The notes under the pieces were generated by a model. It was not told the DNA's origin, searched no databases, and saw only the letters and a program-made list of their open reading frames with translations. From the NCBI GenBank assembly GCA_964019425.1, contig OZ025786.1:744001-808000 (forward strand): a stretch of DNA of 64,000 nucleotides, given 5' to 3'. Position 1 is the stretch's first letter. Each line of letters begins with the position of its first letter. Source of the DNA: Flectonema sp. DT1601 (lineage: Eukaryota). The position numbers and the translations under genes are program-made. This document shows, piece by piece, positions 58,201 to 64,000 of this stretch.

Positions 58201-58395
58201 CTTTCTTTTGTTTTCGTTTTTTTTTTGTTGTTGTTGTTGTTTTTTTCTTTGTTAGTTTTTTTTTTTTTTTTTTGTTTATTCAAGGTGCCCTGATTGGCGG
58301 GCCTGGGGTAAGGAGTAAAAAAAAGCAGTTTAAAAAAAATATAAAAGAGTAGCCCTTTGAAAATAACACAATCGGTCCTATAGTTCTTCTGCTTG

Positions 58396-58659
58396 AACAT
58401 AGTTGACAAACCTGGTAGGGGAGTAGGGGTGAAACTTCAACAATGTAAAAACAGTAACAACTTTAGGGTATTAAAAACAAAATTAATATCAAGTACTTGA
58501 CTGAAAAAATATTGTAGTTGCTAATCAAAGAGAAATACGTTTAGAAAAAAGAAAACATAAAAGGGAAAACTATTTTTTTTTGTCTTATCGACCAGAAGAC
58601 GTTGTCGAATCTGGTAATTCCTGGTAACATAGTTGACAAACCTGGTAGGGGAGTAGGGG
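58396..58659. mobile_element. Short dispersed element (58430-58625) flanked by a perfect 34-bp direct repeat (copy 2)
   Basis: aacatagttgacaaacctggtaggggagtagggg at 58396-58429 and 58626-58659; body matches 6786-6971. Confidence 0.85.
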
Positions 58660-58980
58660 GGATATATATTTACGCTACGTTGACTACTAATCGCTAACTA
58701 GAATGGTATTCTCATATTCCCTACAAAAAAACAAACATACCACAAAAAGGCTGCATGAAATAACATTTAAAAAGAAAAACAAAAAAACTAATAATGTTTT
58801 TTTTTTTGTTCTTTTTTTTTTGTTGTTTTTCAGCTTCCGTGAGCGAATAAAAAAGAAAGCAATTATTGTGGGATAAATATTTTTTAAAAAAAAAAAAAAA
58901 AACACTACTATATTTCTGTTTGTTCACACTCGTACACTACTCTCTGAGTAAGGGGGAAAAAGAAAAAATAAATTTTAATC

Positions 58981-60742
58981 TTACTCAGGTTTTTTTCCCC
59001 AACTCCAACCATTGAACCATCCCTTTTTATCACCCTCTTGGGTAGTGTTTGCAGGTGGTTTTGAGTGTGATTTTGAAGCAATAGAAGGCTTTGATCCCTT
59101 GGAGTCTACCAGACGATGTGAGTAGGATGGTTTCTCAAAACACTGCCTTGCTAAATCAAAGAAGACAGGCCTACAAGGAATCGTCACATAGTCTGGAGGG
59201 ATACGCGTGATAGATTCACATGAGCGGTATTCAATAAAAGACTTATCAAGTCTGGTCTTTGCTTTCGCATTATCACTCTCTGCAACTTCATCAATAGAGA
59301 GAAGTGCCGCAGCTTTGCTACGGCATTTTGCTGCTCTGACCTTCTCACCCTCAGCTATTGCTAACGAGTCATCGAGTTTAGCAGTTCTGCAGAATATCAA
59401 AGCTTCGGATATCAGTTTCTCTGCTTCTGAATAAAGAGGTTGTGAGTGACTGTATTCACGCATGCTTGTGAAGGTCTCTCCCTGTTATTTTTTTTTTTTT
59501 TTTTTTTAAATATTGTTAAGTTAGACTACCACTAAAATATAAAAAAACACAAACCTGACAGTGATACTTAAGCGCCTGATGTATCAGAAGTTGAAGGTTA
59601 AGTGGATTGGCTAAAGTCTCATCATCCTCAACGCCCGGAATCGCAAGCATCCCTTCAATAGTTTGAGTGACTGAGTCGTGTAGCCTTGCTAAGTCAAGTG
59701 CAGTAGTCCGCTTTGACTCTTTCTTTTGCAAGCTGCAATCTTCTATTCTTGCGGTATGTACTTTCGACAGTAATTTATTACGTGCTAATGTTTGCTGAAG
59801 TAAGTTGTACTTCAATCCATTAACTAAAAGATGAAGGGTCGCAGAGTCTGTTTCCTTTTCATGTGCAATGTCTTGTTTAACTTGTTGAATAGCATCATTG
59901 TACGCAATGAAAACCTTGTCGTACAAATCAACTATTTTATTAAGAACTGACGCAGATAAAACATCGCCTTCCTTCTCTAACTGAGATTCAATATCTCTGC
60001 ACACAGAGTCAGATGTAGCTAATTGGAGACGAACCTTTTCACTGTTTACAGGTATCTTTTTACCTCTCCATTCAAGTACACTGCTGCTACCTCCAGATTG
60101 GACGGTATCAGTGTTTATGCTTGATGAATCCTCTCCCAGATTATAATTACAAAATCTCATATTTTGATCCAAATCAGAAACTCTCTGAAGGTACGCAGCC
60201 TTTACTTCTGGTGTGCACTGCTCTTGAAGAGACACGTAGACTTTACGTGCTTTTGTGTAGGCAGTTTTGGCATTAGAAAACTCCTTCTTTGCAACATGTA
60301 AGTTTGCGTTCATCTCGCTTGTGTATGCCTCTATTTCTGTTATTGTTCTGTCGTTTGCTACATATTTCGTAATGTGAAGTAGTTTTTGAGCATGAACAAC
60401 AGCCTTTGCCATTTTAAGAGCATAGTGTCTATGAAGTCTTGGAGCATCAGTGGTGGAATGATCGTATTTAAGTTGTTCTCCATACGCCCAGGCTCTCTCT
60501 GTTTGGAGTAGCATCATCATTAGAATTCGAGTATCAGTTACATCTTCTGGTAGGATTGTTAATCCTTTATACTTCTTCTGTGTACCAGCAAACATCTTAA
60601 CAGTTTTATGAATTCTTCTTAACCTTCTGCTACAGTATTGACGGTATCTCTGATAATCAAATGATTTCAGTCCGTGATGTTGTTGCAGACCTCTTAATGT
60701 ATGAATCACATCAAGATTAAACTTAGGAATCGGTGACTCCAT
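58981..60742 (-). CDS. SRP68: Signal recognition particle subunit SRP68, two exons (60742-59555, 59481-58981)
   Basis: QQHHGLKSFDYQRYRQYCSRRLRR, ERAWAY and C-terminal IPCRPVFFDLA. A phase-0 CAG|GTTTGT...CAG intron (73 nt) joins the two track ORFs. Confidence 0.93.
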
Positions 60743-61846
60743 TAACTTAAAAATGTATGTCCTGATAGTGAAAGATAAAGAGAATAACTTGATACCATAA
60801 TCATTAACATAAACCGCATTGAACCTCCTATTCCGTCATAGACGTGGTGTGACTAGGATAAAGAAAACAATTTTCTTTTTTTTTTTGATTAAACCAAAAA
60901 ACAGTTAACTATGCGACTTGTAACAAAAGTAAATAAATATAATAATAAAAAAGACATCGATAACATTTAATATTGTGCAAGACTACTGTTAGCTTCAGGC
61001 CTTTGGTTGTACGCAAGGCATCAAAATTTGGTTTTTTTAAAATAAAAAAAAAGGAAACCTACAAGTCCACACAAGAAAGCTGCCTCCAGGAATAGAGGGC
61101 CGAGTAATAAGTGGAAGCTCCACAAGGCTGTGACCACAGTATAGGTTTCTCCAAGCTTTGGTGAGAGGGGTTTCCGAATGAAAAAAAGAAAAAAAAGAGA
61201 AAAAAGAAAATATTTCACCACGACTGTTGTATATCGTGAGAGGAAGAAAGCTTTCAGCTTAGCTCTCTGAAACAGTAGAACAGACAAACCTATTTTTTAT
61301 TTTATTTTCAAATTTAATACAACAAAAAAAAAAAAAAAAAGAATACTAAAAAACTCATCAATAATATAAAATAAGATCGGTAACTCTCCGAAATCTAACT
61401 TTTTTTTTTTTTTTTTTTTTTTTTTTCCCCACTTTTTTTTTTTTAAAGCAGAAATTTACAATAACAAATATAAATATAAAACACAATAAACCATGACAAA
61501 GACGCGTGTAAACAAAAAGAAGCAAGAGGCTGTCTGCAAAAAAAAAAGGTTGAGCTAAGCAGAAAGTAGATAATAAGAGATAGAGAAATAATAATTATTG
61601 ATTAAAGGAAATTGTTAACTCCATCAATTCGGTCTTTTTATCGTGCAGATTTCTCCATTAGGAGACACGAAGGATTTTGTGAGTCACAAACTAGTATCCT
61701 TTTTTTCTTTTTTTTTCATTTTGTACGTGACGTATGACATAAATAAGATGATTTAAAAAAAAGAAAAATGTCATTTCCGTCAAATTCGTTGAATGAAATC
61801 GAATGTCAGTGTACTCTACATCTGTGTTACTTAAGAGAATGAAAAC

Positions 61847-62575
61847 CTAAATACGAATAGTTGGGTCCATTCTTCTTATTATTAAAAAAGTCATCTCCGT
61901 CGGTTCACAATATTTCTGAATGAAATCCACCATCAGTGGCCAACAGGGTGATATGGTAGATCTCATTTCTGGATTTCCGTGAAATGATTCCTGATACCTC
62001 TCAAGAAGACTATGAAGGCAATCAAGTGGTGGTGCTGTTGAATGAACTGAAGACCATTTCTCTACGGTATTCAAACATGTTAAGGAATGCTCCATTCCTA
62101 ACGGTAATACTCTACTCCATATGTCTATAAGTGCTTGTAGTAGTATCTCATCATTGGGTAGTTCTCCTATTCCAGCCAGTTTCCAAAGAGAACCTAATGT
62201 GCAACTCATTTCGTCAGGAGTTTGCAATGAACGCATTTTTGATAATATTATTTTATAAGGAAGGGATTCGCTGTCAGAGTCGGTTGCGTATGCCCTTGGA
62301 CAATCATCTGTAGCAGCGAAGTCAATTGACCCTCCTCCTTTCTTTATTGCAGCAACACAAAAAGAGAATGAAATATTAACATCTTGCATCATGTCAGATC
62401 CGTTTTCACAAATGTCTGGATGATATTTCTGAGCCAGTTTGTGGAATTGTCGTCGTAATGATCTTTCGGTAATTACCTCTCCTTGGATTTCCCATTGTAA
62501 TACCCGAACATGTTCAAGCAACTCTGCTCTTGTAAAGTGTCGCAACTGGCGCGCAGCTGCCCCAAAACGAATCAT
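61847..62575 (-). CDS. DnaJ (J-domain) protein, probably mitochondrial
   Basis: LRRQFHKLAQKYHPD...MQDVNISF J-domain core; presequence-like MIRFGAAARQLRHF. Confidence 0.85.
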   Translation of the reverse strand: MIRFGAAARQLRHFTRAELLEHVRVLQWEIQGEVITERSLRRQFHKLAQKYHPDICENGSDMMQDVNISFSFCVAAIKKGGGSIDFAATDDCPRAYATDSDSESLPYKIILSKMRSLQTPDEMSCTLGSLWKLAGIGELPNDEILLQALIDIWSRVLPLGMEHSLTCLNTVEKWSSVHSTAPPLDCLHSLLERYQESFHGNPEMRSTISPCWPLMVDFIQKYCEPTEMTFLIIRRMDPTIRI

Positions 62576-62602
62576 ACCGACGGAAACAATCTGTAAAATA
62601 AA

Positions 62603-64000
62603 TTAACCCATTAAGGACGGGGGGTCCACTACAGTGGTTATTTTGAAATTTTATTTTCGCTAAGGGGAAAACCCGGCTAACGCTACCCAGGGGGGGTGTA
62701 ATCGAGGCCGTTTCGCGACGAATCTTGGGTGGGATGGCGTGGTTCGCTGTGTTTTTATTCATGAAATTCAAAACTAATAATCAAAATTTTACCACCTAAC
62801 AAGAAGTTTCGTGTGCCTGTTGAAATTGATACAAGTTCGGCGTCCTATGAAAGTCTGATGATGATGGATTCTGTATCGGAGTCGTCATCTGACAGCAACA
62901 CAGCAAAGGTATCAAAGTGGGGGGGCAAAACCAAGAGAATCCCCAGGGAAAAACGGAAAGGACCTACCCAGAGTGTGAGCGACTTTAATGAAATGAACGA
63001 ATTGAAGGTATCCAACTCATTTTCACTGATCATGTGCTTAAAATGATATTTCGACACACTCTTGCCTACCCGATTGACAAAGAGACGTCCATGAAGTCAC
63101 TAGAAGTTGGTGAACTGAAATGCTTTCTCCGTAATTTCCACACTGCTAACAAACACATTCCTGCTTCTTATGTTCATAGTCTTGTTAAACCCCATAATAA
63201 TAAAGGGCATTGGGTGACGTTTGACAATTTCAATTCGTCATACGCATTTCTTGTTTTGATGTTAGCGAAAGGGTTCCACTGTGTTGGAACAGCCTGACGG
63301 AACAGAAAGGGAGTTCTGTTGATGTTACAAAACCGAAGGCTACCCCTGGACCGGGACGACTAAGCAAATCGGAAGTGAAAGAAAGACCGAAGAATCTTTC
63401 TGCTTCTTACCTTCAGTCAAGCACGGCATCCACCATATAAAGTGGAGAGACTCAAAGGATGTGCATCTTTTCAGTACTCTTCCCTTACGTGAGCACTGTG
63501 TCGATGTATATCGCTGGATTAGGAAGAGAAATAAAAAAGAAAAAGTGCCGATCAAACTACCGTGCAAGTAGACAGGTACACCAAAACGATGGGAGGTGTT
63601 AACCTGATGGATAGCGTGAAGGGAAGGGCGAACAGAAACCTTCAAACTAAACGATGGCATCTAAAGGTTTTCGACTACTAGCTGAAAGTTTCAATGTTCA
63701 ACACGTTTACCCTTCAAAAGAAATGCGGTAAGGATACTGGTACCTACATACGGTATGTAGAGGAGCTCGCTATGCAACTCGTCAGTGACGGGACGTCGAG
63801 AGACAAGACAACCAATACTACATCTACTATTGACTCGGGTTCGCACTTTTCACACATGTTCAGCACCACTGAGCACTATCCATCAATATTTGGCGCTGCT
63901 AAACAATGTAAGTATCACAATACTCGAGTGAGGACTACTTATGGATGCCAGGGGTGTAAGGTTTTTATGTGTCCTGCACCCTGTTTTGGCAAATACCACT
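62603..64000 (+). mobile_element. Second piggyBac family member with degenerate transposase; right end outside the window
   Basis: TTAA|CCC left end; fragments VTFDNF, HCVGTA*RNRKG, WRDSKDV, YTKTMGGVNLMD, KRWHLKVFDY and the Cys-rich QCKYH...CQGCKVFMC..PCFGKYH; stops and frameshifts. Confidence 0.9.

Overview
Eukaryotic nuclear DNA: AT-rich, with many poly(A)/poly(T) tracts and the standard genetic code. About 21 protein-coding genes all lie on the minus strand. Most have no introns, but a few carry short GT-AG introns, and several have a pyrimidine tract plus AG just upstream of the ATG. This layout suggests a euglenozoan-type (probably diplonemid) unidirectional gene cluster; that is inference, not proof. 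Recognisable genes are an OTU deubiquitinase, PIG-O, a CMGC/MAPK-like kinase, an F-box protein, a TM-pseudocyclase-MAP3K fusion, three tandem Cys-rich type I surface proteins, an EF-hand-TMEM65 fusion, a VPS37-like protein with a PDZ insert, CLUAP1/IFT38, SRP68 and a DnaJ protein. Mobile DNA includes two degenerate piggyBacs, a foldback/MULE-like element with 167-bp TIRs built from 31-bp repeats, and a possible MITE. The most unusual item is a ~190-bp element present at two loci, each flanked by a 28-34-bp direct repeat that duplicates a gene's apparent splice-acceptor region. It belongs to a dispersed repeat family carrying conserved RNA-like structures, found near faint GIY-YIG-like and RT-like coding remnants. 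All calls are from reading the sequence by eye; no searches were run.
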